Source: Candidatus Latescibacterota bacterium (lineage in GTDB: Bacteria > Latescibacterota > UBA2968). From it: 64,000 nucleotides of DNA. The notes beneath the pieces were generated by a model, which worked only from the letters and a program-made list of their open reading frames with translations, ran no database searches and had not been told where the DNA came from. Position numbers and translations under genes: made by a program. The stretch covers positions 3,648,001 to 3,712,000 of the forward strand of contig OZ240241.1 in NCBI GenBank assembly GCA_965198115.1, written 5' to 3'. Below, one piece after another: positions 52,530 through 61,647 of this stretch; position 1 is the first letter of the stretch; each line of letters begins with the position of its first letter.

Positions 52530-52946
52530 TCATCCACGATTCGCCTCGGTCGGGCTCGTGAAGTTGAGGTGGTTACCGAATGGGTCCAGGAGATGCAACT
52601 CCGTCTTCCCCCACGGCTGGTCGACCAGCTCTGTCCCGTGGTGTGTCCCCCCTGCCGCTTCGAGCGCGTCCGGATTCCTGCACTTCAGGTCGTCGTAGAA
52701 CACATACACATCTTCCACATCCAACCCGATTCCGATGCCTTCTGGTACCTCCTTGTGCTCGGTCAGATGCAGAGCCAGCTCTCCATCTGCGATGCCGGGA
52801 CTCTCCCCTCTAGAAACCCCCATAAGCACCGGGAATCCCTCTTCGTGGCGCCACTCGAAATCGATCTTGAATCCGAGGAAATCAACGTAGTAGCGGACCG
52901 CTTCTTCGTAGCTTTTGATGTACAAGCAGGGATATGCACGTGACAT
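52530..52946 (-). CDS. VOC/glyoxalase family protein (gene cassette)
   Basis: YYVDFLGFKIDFEWR, LHLTEH, PWG, DPFGNHL. Confidence 0.88.
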   Translation of the reverse strand: MSRAYPCLYIKSYEEAVRYYVDFLGFKIDFEWRHEEGFPVLMGVSRGESPGIADGELALHLTEHKEVPEGIGIGLDVEDVYVFYDDLKCRNPDALEAAGGTHHGTELVDQPWGKTELHLLDPFGNHLNFTSPTEANRG

Positions 52947-53049
52947 ACCAATCTCCGATCAGATTTCTTGAAGCTGTGCTGTCCGCGATTTCCCGGTCTT
53001 TTTACACCCACCCTAAAGACCTTAGCTAATACAGTAGCCAGCCAATGCC

Positions 53050-53130
53050 GCCTAACGGACAAGGCTGCCCGACGGCGCGAAGCGCTGTTTTGGCGGTGGG
53101 TATGGTGGGGGCGGGCAGCCGCAGTTAGCC
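53050..53130 (-). repeat. attC-like site (81 bp)
   Basis: GGCTAAC..ggctgcccg/cgggcagcc..GTTAGGC. Confidence 0.7.
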
Positions 53131-53223
53131 GCTGTTGCAGTCCCGGTCCCTCACGCGACCCTTCAAGGATGGAAGGGCGTCGCGTAGAGCTATCAGGAAT
53201 CGGTTCCCCTAACTGTCGACCTA

Positions 53224-55676
53224 TCAGGCCAAGCGACTAAGCCGGCTTCTGATGAAGGCCGTGATTTCGGCGAGTTCATCCTCCTCATAGTTCGACTCAA
53301 TGAGATCCCAACAGGAGAAGAATCCTAATCCAGAGGTCTGACGATAGAAATGCAGCCACGAATCACGGTCTGACGGCAAAGGGCCGTCGTAAGCATCGAA
53401 GAAAGCATTGGTGCAAGGGGTGAGGAGATCCTCCCGACCGAACCCAAGATCGAACTCCTGATTTGAGAAATGGAAATAGAGTCGCGAGAGGTCCATAAAC
53501 ACATGCCCCGGGCGCATCCCACCGAGATCAAGGAGGCCGGTCACCCGATCCCCAGAGATCATAATGTTGGTGGCGGAAAAGTCACCGTGGACCAGACAGG
53601 GGGTGAGCTCGTCGCTCAGTTCTTGGATGGTCGTTCTCAACCACGCTTGTAGCTTGGAAGTAGAATCGGCGAAAGGAGTCTTGAGGCCCGATCTTGCCTC
53701 AGTCAGCCATCTCTGGAGCTCGTATTCTCGGGCTGACACGAAAAAGGGGTTCTCCGGTCCTTCGACGGATCGAACTTCACCATCCTCGTAGGTCAAGAAC
53801 CACCAAACAGCGAAAACTGAACGAGACTATGCAGCGTAGATACGATCTTACCGAGTTGCGAGTATACAGACACCGCTACATCGAGTGAAAGGTCACAACC
53901 AATATCTCTCAGATTCTGTCCAGGAATGCGACTCTTGACGAGGAATTCACCGTCCACCCCCGTCACCCGGAGTCCGGTATGTAGAATCCGGGGGAGGAGG
54001 ATTGTGGTCTTCTCAGACAAGATCCGAAGAGCAAGTTCCTCACGATCGACCGATCTCTTCTTTTTTATAGAGACGTGCTGAACGACAACCGCTTCGCCGT
54101 GCCTCGGTTCGATTAGGTATGTGGGTTTGTCAATCCCGCCAGGAGCTCAGGTCAATAGGTGTGTAAAAGAAATCAGGCGGCCATCTTCCCGGTTTCGACC
54201 TGCGGTCCGGTTGAGTGTTTCTGATCGTAGACTTGTTGTAGCAAGTGTGGCGCGGTGAGTTTCCTGAATCGGCTCTCTGCGACCTTGAGCGTACGCCAGA
54301 TGAGAGTCGTGGCGTTCCTGACTTTCTTGAATCGCCTGGCGGCGTTTGTGCGAAGCCGAACGGAAGCAAAGGGGCTCTCGACGACGTTCGTGGTTCTCAG
54401 GTGTTTCCAGTGTTCCTTCGGGAAGTCGTAGAACGTGACCATCCGATCCCAGTCTCTTTCGAGCGTCTCCACGGCGGCAGGGAACTGTGAGCGATACCGT
54501 GCGGCAAAGCGTTTCCGGAGCTTCTCGGCCTCCTTTTTCGTGCCGGCATAGGGGATCTGGACGAGCAGTGCGCGGGCTTCAGCCTGTGCACGCTTGGCGA
54601 CCTTGTCGAGCACGTTGAGGATCTTGTGGTTCCAGCACCGTTGTTGCCGGCTCTCTGGCCAGACCTGATCAACGGCCGCCCAGATGCCCATATTCCCGTC
54701 CGCGGCGATCAGGACAGGATGTTCGAGCCCGCGATCCCGGAGATCCCGGAGCACCGTGAGCCAGGATTCTGTAGACTCTCGATAACCGGGTTCTATCGCC
54801 AGGATCTCCTTGCTGCCGTCGCTCATCGCGCCGATCACGACCAGCAGACACGCCTTCTCGCGCTCGAGCCCGGCTTTGACGTAGATGCCATCAGCCCAGG
54901 CGTAGACCAGTTCGCGATTATCCAGACGCCTTTCTTTCCAGTCCTGGAAGTCGACCTCCCACTTCCCTCGAAGACGAGCGATCGAGGTCGGCGAAAGCGG
55001 CGCGCCATCACCGAGCAGCGCACGCAAAGACAACTCGAAGTCGCCCTGGGAGAGACCGTGGAGATAAAGGTCGGGAAGCAGATCTCCAATGGCCCTGGTT
55101 CTCCGGGCGAACAGGGGGAGGATGCGGCTTTCAAACCGCTCTTCCAGACCACGAACCCGGGGACGCCGGACCTTGATCGTTCCGCAGCTCGTCGAGAGAC
55201 GCCGGGGCTTGCCGTAGCCGTTCCTGTAGCCCCTGGAGCGAACTTGGGAGTACTGTCTACTCGATCTTTCCTGCTTGCCCCCAGGTGTCCACACCGGACG
55301 AGCCTGCGCCGTGGGAAGGGCTATCGACCTCGGCTCGGCGCTCATACCACGACCGGCCCAAGAACGCGGTCGCCTCCTCCTCCAGAATGGACTGGAACCG
55401 GCCCTGGATCTCTTCACGGATCCAATCGTCAACCGTCTCCCACGTCGGCATGGACTTCAATGGGGCTCTATGCGTATGTTCCTTCACGGCGATCCTCCTT
55501 CCCAACCGGGCCTCTCACCCGGTTTTGTGTGAATCAACTATCTCACGGGAAGGGTAGGGTCGCCCTTTCTCTTTTTCCACACCTTTTGATTATAGCTCCC
55601 CGCCAGTCATTTGTTGCACAGACGAGATGTCACATTGGAGAACTTGCTCGAAAACCTGTTGTGAGAATCCGTTCAA
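53224..55676 (-). pseudogene. APH-family phosphotransferase cassette, interrupted by IS256 and two frameshifts
   Basis: Removing the IS joins MTG to GIDKPTY; downstream LVHGDFSATNIM, LLDLG. Confidence 0.75.
54143..55598 (-). mobile_element. IS256 family element, copy A (transposase frameshifted by an 82-bp insert)
   Basis: IRs gagctataatcaaaaggtgtggaaaa / gagctcaggtcaataggtgtgtaaaa; 8-bp TSD cccgccag (54135-54142, 55599-55606); YRNGY, WADG, QRCWNH, RTTN. Confidence 0.93.
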
Positions 55677-55680
55677 CTGT

Positions 55681-55754
55681 CTCTCACACTGGACTCTGGC
55701 GGCGCAGGGCACGCGCAACCGACCGGGACTGTGATGGCGGCTGCGGTGTTAGGC
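55681..55754 (-). repeat. Degenerate attC-like site (74 bp)
   Basis: GCCTAAC after the methyltransferase stop; R' reads GTGAGAG; arms pair weakly. Confidence 0.4.
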
Positions 55755-55825
55755 GTAGGCGGCTCCTTTCGGGCAAAGCCAATTGAGGAGAGTAATCGTC
55801 GCACGGTAGAACCAACTGGTGGGTC

Positions 55826-56614
55826 TCAGACCCTCTGGAGTATCAAGTAGATGTTCCCGAGTTCCCCGGACAGGTTCTCCCTGTCTTTCAATTCTTCGAA
55901 ATCCTCGCCGTATATCGCCACAATCTCAAACTGGCCAGATCGTTCAACCAAACTCTCGAGATCATCAAAAAGCCACATCCTTAAGGTGTGGCGGTCTTCA
56001 AGGTGTTCTAGCCTATCGTCTTGTTCGACTTGAAAGGAGCAAATCTCGTGGCTGAGCTTGGATTCCCTGTCTTCGGTGATGATTTCCCAGGAGGTTTTCA
56101 CGCGGATTCCGTCACGTACCATCGTCCAGCGGTCGTCGGGATCTCCGATGCCTTGAAGTTCGCCATCCTGAGCAAGATTCAGATGGACGATGTAGACACC
56201 GTTCTCTCGAAGGGAGGAACCCGTAGCTTTCAGGTGGGCGATCACATCGGCATCGGAAAGCAGATAACGAAAGCTGTTGATCGAATTATAAGCTGCATCG
56301 AATTCACCATGGATCTCAGACGAAACCATGTCGGCCAGTAGAATCTTAGCATCTTTCAGGCAGCCGGCGTCCGAGACAGATTGCTCCGCGTATTGGACCA
56401 TAGCAGGGCTTATGTCATAGCCTGTCACTCGAAACCCGTGTTTAGGAAGCACCCTCAGAAAGCGACCTGAGCCGCAGGCCGGTTCCAGCAAACGTGTCAC
56501 CGTAAACGGTACGTGTGTTTCGAATACCCTCTTGAAGAAGGCAACTTCGCGTGAAAGGTCCCAAGAGAACGCGATGTCGTAGATCTCAGGATGATCGTAG
56601 AGTTTGAAGCTCAC
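55826..56614 (-). CDS. Class I SAM-dependent methyltransferase (gene cassette)
   Basis: LLEPACGSGR, GYDIS.AM, ADM, FDAAY..INSF. Confidence 0.9.
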   Translation of the reverse strand: MSFKLYDHPEIYDIAFSWDLSREVAFFKRVFETHVPFTVTRLLEPACGSGRFLRVLPKHGFRVTGYDISPAMVQYAEQSVSDAGCLKDAKILLADMVSSEIHGEFDAAYNSINSFRYLLSDADVIAHLKATGSSLRENGVYIVHLNLAQDGELQGIGDPDDRWTMVRDGIRVKTSWEIITEDRESKLSHEICSFQVEQDDRLEHLEDRHTLRMWLFDDLESLVERSGQFEIVAIYGEDFEELKDRENLSGELGNIYLILQRV

Positions 56615-56649
56615 GTGTTTTCGTGCCCCTCAGTTTCTTAGCCGCTTAC

Positions 56650-56739
56650 GCCTAACGGTTTCACAATTCACGACGCCGCGAATGGGGGGTGCCGAAGGCC
56701 AAGCGCCGCAAGGCGCGCAACGGGAATTGCTGGTTAGAA
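56650..56739 (-). repeat. attC-like site (90 bp)
   Basis: TTCTAAC-cag-caattc..gaattg-tgaaacc-GTTAGGC with internal hairpins. Confidence 0.75.
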
Positions 56740-56784
56740 GACGGGATACTGCAACTTGTGCAAAAACTCGTCTCAGAGCAGAAA

Positions 56785-57780
56785 CTACCTTTGAGGGATC
56801 TTCACCTGGGAAAATTGAAAGTTCGGTCCTTTGGTATAAGTGGCCCCAAGACCCAGCCCCCAGTCATACGGCCCGGGGCCGGCTTGCTCTTCAGCCCACG
56901 CCTTCAGCGGAACACTATCCCATTCGTCCGTAAACCAGTATTGCGACGACGGATTGCCGATCGGGTCTTTGCCGAGCCGATCTGAACCATCGCCCGTGGC
57001 CCCCAGTAGCTGCCGTCGGATAGGCGCACTGCGGGCAATCACCTCTGGATCCTGTTCTATATAACCGCTCGGTCGTATCCATCTGGGCGCATAGCTGATA
57101 TAGAGGGCCTTGCGGAAGTTTGTGGAAAGGTTGGGGGTCACACTGTGCAAGATCGTGGGCCGCCATAGCATGGCGCTGCCGGCCGGTACGCGCAATGCGA
57201 AGATGTCCTCCGGATCGAGCCAGGACTCCCAGGTAGCCCGTTGCTCTCGGGTCCACTGGTAGCTACCGGGCACCATAAGGATGGTGCTGTGACCAGGCTC
57301 GGTATGATCCGAAACGTACCAGCCGACCTTAAAGTCCAGGAGGGGCATGCGGCCATCTATCGTCGTGCCAGCGAATTCTTCTTCATAATCGAAATGCCAT
57401 CCCAGCGATAATACGTCGGGATCGGTGTCGCCAGGCTGCGGCGCTTTATAGTCAAAAACGCTATCGCGATTTTGAATATTCCAGCCCATGGCATCGACGA
57501 CCAAGGGCAGGATGCGGGGATGATCGAGCAAGTCCATTATGACCTCATGACGTGCCACCGCATTGCGGACGACGACGCTGTCATTGGGACCCAAGCCACG
57601 TACTTTCCGAAGCTGCTCCGCCACCTCGTCCATACCTGCCCACAAGCGTTCTAGCTCGGATGGGTTCAATACACGCTCTAATACCGTGAACCCCTGTCCG
57701 TTGAGTTCATCTTTCTGTTGATCGGTCATAGCTATTGTCATCTGATTTCCCTCTACTTTTGTCGCAAATGCATCCTGCAA
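56785..57780 (-). CDS. PhyH family dioxygenase (gene cassette)
   Basis: QGFTVL, WHFD, VPGS, PAGS..LHS..N. Confidence 0.87.
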   Translation of the reverse strand: MQDAFATKVEGNQMTIAMTDQQKDELNGQGFTVLERVLNPSELERLWAGMDEVAEQLRKVRGLGPNDSVVVRNAVARHEVIMDLLDHPRILPLVVDAMGWNIQNRDSVFDYKAPQPGDTDPDVLSLGWHFDYEEEFAGTTIDGRMPLLDFKVGWYVSDHTEPGHSTILMVPGSYQWTREQRATWESWLDPEDIFALRVPAGSAMLWRPTILHSVTPNLSTNFRKALYISYAPRWIRPSGYIEQDPEVIARSAPIRRQLLGATGDGSDRLGKDPIGNPSSQYWFTDEWDSVPLKAWAEEQAGPGPYDWGLGLGATYTKGPNFQFSQVKIPQR

Positions 57781-57792
57781 AATACTCCTGTT

Positions 57793-57950
57793 GTCTAACG
57801 TTTCAGCAATCGCGAAGCCGGCCCTTCGGCAGGCTCCCTTCGACTTCGCCCCTCGACTCCGCTCGGGACAGGCTCAGGACAGCAGGACAGGCTCTCGCCG
57901 GTTTGGGTGGCTGGGTTCTTGGGCAGGGGGGCGCGTCCGCGGTGTTAAGT
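57793..57950 (-). repeat. attC-like site (158 bp; 88 bp without the nested repeat insert)
   Basis: ACTTAAC..ccgg/ccgg..cgcgattgctgaaac-GTTAGAC. The right arm resembles that of the 56650 site. Confidence 0.55.
57822..57891 (+). repeat. Three nested copies of a ~23-nt CCCTTCGAC-N3-GCTCAGGACAGG unit
   Basis: Outer 57822-57835 + 57883-57891; middle 57836-57849 + 57874-57882; inner 57850-57873. Confidence 0.7.
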
Positions 57951-58045
57951 GTCCGTGCCGGTGCCAGTGGTTGAGGACGCGAGTATAGAAGCATCGTCGT
58001 CTTGAGGTCTTGGTGACCAAGGCGTTCCTGAATGGTCCGGATGTC
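57930..58045 (-). pseudogene. intI: C-terminal fragment of an integron integrase (IntI)
   Basis: DIRTIQERLGHQDLKTTM, then (1-nt shift) FYTRVLN; matches IntI box II DIRTVQELLGH.D..TTMIYTHVLN. Confidence 0.75.
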
Positions 58046-58062
58046 GTTAAGCTGTCTGCAGA

Positions 58063-58857
58063 CTAGCGCTCCACGATGTGGGCAAACAGCGGCCTGACCT
58101 TCTCGGGTAGCGCGGCGTACGTCTCGGCCGTAATCAGCTGCACGTCTTCAGGCCGGGTCCCGGTCTCTTCGGCCACGCGTTCGTACTCGATTGTGCCAGG
58201 GATCAGGTGATTCAGGTTAAGCCACCAGGGCGCATACCGGACCACAACCGCGACCCGGGTGCGATCGCTGACGTTGGCGGCCGTGGCGTGCCACATCCGG
58301 CTATCGAGGATCAGCACGTTCCCGGCTTCGCCCGTGGCCTGCATCTCGGTCGGATATGGAGCGTGAGCGTCGACGCCGATGTTTCCGGAGGGATTGCCGG
58401 GTGCTCTATGGCTCCCGGGAACCAGAAGCGTACCGCCTGTTTCCTTGGTGAAGGTCGTCAGCATCCATATCGTCGTCAGGTGCATGACGGCGTCGGCGTA
58501 GGGCGCCGGAATATGTCGGGACTGCTTCTGGCCGAACGGCCAGTCTGAGTGCCAGTTGTCCCGTTCCTGCCCCGGCGTGGTGACCAGTCCCGTGGTAAAC
58601 GATACCCGTGCGTACGGGCCGAAGAATGCCTCCACGATGCCCAGCACACGGTCGTCCGCCAGATAGGGCGCCAGGGATTGGTTGTAGGTGATAAGGCCCC
58701 TAAGGGCGTGTCGAGCGCCCTCTTTACCCCTGGCGTCGGACCTCGCGGTTTCAACGATGCTCTGGCAGACTGCGTCTACCTCGTTCTCCGGTATGACGCC
58801 GGGAACAACGCACCATCCGTCCATCTTGATGCGCCGCACCGCTTCTTCTTTTGACAA
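58063..58857 (-). CDS. PhyH family dioxygenase
   Basis: DGWCVV, WHSDWP, VPGSH, DSRMWHA..N..R; GAGGAGG RBS. Confidence 0.9.
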   Translation of the reverse strand: MSKEEAVRRIKMDGWCVVPGVIPENEVDAVCQSIVETARSDARGKEGARHALRGLITYNQSLAPYLADDRVLGIVEAFFGPYARVSFTTGLVTTPGQERDNWHSDWPFGQKQSRHIPAPYADAVMHLTTIWMLTTFTKETGGTLLVPGSHRAPGNPSGNIGVDAHAPYPTEMQATGEAGNVLILDSRMWHATAANVSDRTRVAVVVRYAPWWLNLNHLIPGTIEYERVAEETGTRPEDVQLITAETYAALPEKVRPLFAHIVER

Positions 58858-59113
58858 GCCAACCTCCTCGCCATCACTATTGTAAGAGCGGCAACGTCAC
58901 TCCTATCGAACGCGTGGCATGTTCTGACACGCCGATGACGGGTCGTTTGCGGACTACTAAAGGCAACCACCAAGACACGAAGACACGAAGAAAGGCAACC
59001 GAGACAGCACGTTCCCACACGCCTCGAGCCCGAGAAGATGGCCGTCATGCGGCCCGACGCCGTCACCCTCGGAGACGTCTACCTGATGGTATCCCACGGG
59101 CGACAAACAACTC

Positions 59114-59260
59114 TTATGCTGGTGGCGCCACCGAGAGCTTTCCTTGAACGCCGAACTGTTCGATAAAGCTTGCGACTAAGCCGTTGGCCTTTGACGCTTC
59201 AACAAAGGCTTTGAGCCAGGCATAGGCTGCCTCATTGCCATGAGAACGCCGTTCATACAT
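59114..59260 (-). pseudogene. Probable C-terminal fragment of an ABC amino-acid substrate-binding protein
   Basis: GNEAAYAWLKAFVEASKANGLVASFIEQFGVQGKLSVAPPA resembles SBP family 3 C-termini (recognised by eye only). Confidence 0.45.
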
Positions 59261-59423
59261 CCGTCCTTTCGTTACGCGGTCTATATTACGGACTAATTAG
59301 GTTCTTCCACGGGAAAATGGTGGCGCCCCACGACGCTCGGGCACGTGGATCAGTTGGTGGAGAGTCCCTCTATGTCAGATCAGAAAGGCCTGCGAATCGC
59401 GGTGAGGAAGTTGGATGCGTTCG

Positions 59424-60811
59424 GGTGTTGTGCCTATCGTAGTTGAAACTTAGAGGGCTCCAAACTTACGTTGGGTAGACGTGTAGGAGCGTATACCCGT
59501 AAGAAAGGAGCCCAGATGGAGAAGCTATTTGTAGGCGATGGTGAAGTCAAGGTTGAGGGCGATGTCATCGATTTGGAGACGCGTTTGTCGGTGATCCAGG
59601 CGTTGATCCCGTTGGGTCTGGAGGCAGTGGCAGACCTCCTCCAGCAGGAGGTCGAGCAGCTCGCAGGCGTTCGGTATGCGCGCAAAGGTTCGGAGCAGGC
59701 GCATCGTCGGTGGGGAAGCCAGAAGGGATCCGTGTATCTGATGGACCAGAAGCTCCCGTTAGACGTTCCCCGGGTGCGCGACGTCGAGGCCGACGCAGAG
59801 GTTTCCCTGGCTGCATACCGGGCTCTACAGACGCCCAAGAAGACGGACGAGGGGCTGTTGCTTCGTGTTCTCAAGGGGATCTCGTGCCGCAACTACAAGG
59901 CCTGTGCCGAATCGGTTCCAGAAGCGTTTGGTATCTCAGCGTCCTCCGTCTCGCGGCGGTTCATCAAAGCCACCGCGAAGAAGCGGAAGCAGTTCCAGGA
60001 GCGTCCCCTCGACGACTACGGCTTCGTGACCCTGTTCATTGACGGAAAGAGCTTTGCCGACAAAGAGATCGTGATCGCTCCGGGGGTCACGATGGACGGC
60101 CAGAAGATCCCCCTGGGCTTCGTCGAATCGGCGACGGAGAACGAACGGATCTGCCGCCAGCTGATCCAGGACCTCATCCGGAGAGGCCTGTGCTACGACC
60201 AGGGCCTTCTCGTTGTGCTTGACGGCTCAAAGGGACTCCGCAGTGCTGTCACCAAAGCCCTCAAAGGGTATGTGCGCGTGCATCGCTGTCAGTGGCACAA
60301 GCGCGAGAATGTCGTCAGCTATCTCCCGGAGAGGGAACGTCCAAGAGTTCGACGGAAGCTCCAGAAAGCCTATGACTGCGACACCTACGAGGAGGCAAAA
60401 GCCGCACTCGAATCACTTAAACCCGAACTGAAGCTGATGAATCAGTCTGCCGTAACGAGCCTCGAGGAAGGCCTGGAGGAAACCCTGACCCTCCACCGGC
60501 TGGGTATGCTCCCATTCCTGAAACGAAGCTTCCGAACCACCAACTGCATCGAAGCCCTCAACAGCAGGACCGGCGAGCTCACTCGGAAGGTCAGACGCTG
60601 GAACAACTCTCCCCAGAGACACAGATGGGTGGCTGCCGCACTCCTCGACATCGAACCTCGCCTGCGACGCGTGAGCGGATACAAACATCTTCCCCTACTC
60701 AGGCAAGCACTGAACAAAGATCTGAATCTCGACAACGAACAGAATGCTCAAAAGAGAGCCTGACCAAACTACGGGGCCCGATGAGTTTTCAACTGACTAT
60801 GGGACTTGACC
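59424..60811 (+). mobile_element. IS256 family element (distinct type)
   Basis: 8-bp TSD tgcgttcg (59416-59423, 60812-60819); imperfect IRs containing AGTTGAAA. Confidence 0.92.
59516..60763 (+). CDS. IS256 family transposase
   Basis: FIDG, LDGSKGL, HRCQWHKREN, RTTNCIE. Confidence 0.92.
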   Translation: MEKLFVGDGEVKVEGDVIDLETRLSVIQALIPLGLEAVADLLQQEVEQLAGVRYARKGSEQAHRRWGSQKGSVYLMDQKLPLDVPRVRDVEADAEVSLAAYRALQTPKKTDEGLLLRVLKGISCRNYKACAESVPEAFGISASSVSRRFIKATAKKRKQFQERPLDDYGFVTLFIDGKSFADKEIVIAPGVTMDGQKIPLGFVESATENERICRQLIQDLIRRGLCYDQGLLVVLDGSKGLRSAVTKALKGYVRVHRCQWHKRENVVSYLPERERPRVRRKLQKAYDCDTYEEAKAALESLKPELKLMNQSAVTSLEEGLEETLTLHRLGMLPFLKRSFRTTNCIEALNSRTGELTRKVRRWNNSPQRHRWVAAALLDIEPRLRRVSGYKHLPLLRQALNKDLNLDNEQNAQKRA

Positions 60812-61647
60812 TGCGTTCGAGCGGGCGATAGAAAGACAATGGACTGACTTTTGCAGATCGGAGCAAGATGATTGGACTCTGGAAATCGTGTCCCTCAATA
60901 TTCCCGACTTGCATACAGCGTTGTTTGAAAAAGGCGGACTCGAGCGAGGCGATTTCGACGTCGCTTTTGTCGTGACGGATTGGATCGCTGAAGCAGCTGC
61001 CGGGCATCACCTCGCGGATTTGCAGCCCTACTTGAAAGAGCTGCCACCGGAGGATTACCCCCACGGATGGGATCACTCTCTATTACGCTTCCAGACTTAT
61101 GGAAACGAAGTATATGGTCTTCCCTACCATAACGGACACAAATGCCTGATTTATCGAAAAGACCTTCTCGACGACCCAGGAGAACGGGCAAACTATGAGA
61201 GAAGATTCGGTAGTCGTCTTGCAGTACCGCAAACGTGGGATGAGTTTACACGGGTTGCCCGGTTCTTTAATCGCCCGAAAAGTGGAATGTCGGGTGTTGT
61301 CTTTGTCGCGCATGAGGATGGATACAATACTGTTTGCGACTTCTGTCTTCATTTGTGGTCACGAGGGGAGAGCTTGGTTACGCGAGTGGGAATCTTGTTC
61401 TGAACCATCCACTTGTGGAAGAAACGTTAGCATTCTACCGCAAGATTGTGAATGATCCCCAAATTGTCCCCGCGCATACGCGGATGTTTGACGCCGTAGA
61501 ATCGGGGATGGCTTTTGTTAGGGGCGAAGCGGCCATGATGATGAACTGGTTCAGCTGGGCAGCGCAGTGTGAACGTCTGTCCGAATCCAAAGTAAAAGGG
61601 AAGGTTGGGGTTGCTCATTTGCCGAATGAGAATGAGCAACCCGGGTT

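Larger units (their letters stand above)
59372..61647 (+). pseudogene. Sugar ABC transporter substrate-binding protein, split by IS256, frameshifted (~61365), cut by a second IS256
   Basis: MSDQKGLRIAVRKLDAF joins ERAIERQW after IS removal; YGLPY, YRKDL, PQTWDEF, GEAAM. Confidence 0.82.

Noticed and set aside
52998-53021. ttttacacccaccctaaagacc resembling an IS256 end
   Set aside because: Match is too short, with no partner IR or TSD
52371-58052. CRISPR interpretation of the spaced palindromes
   Set aside because: The repeats are not identical, they are separated by whole genes, and no cas genes are present
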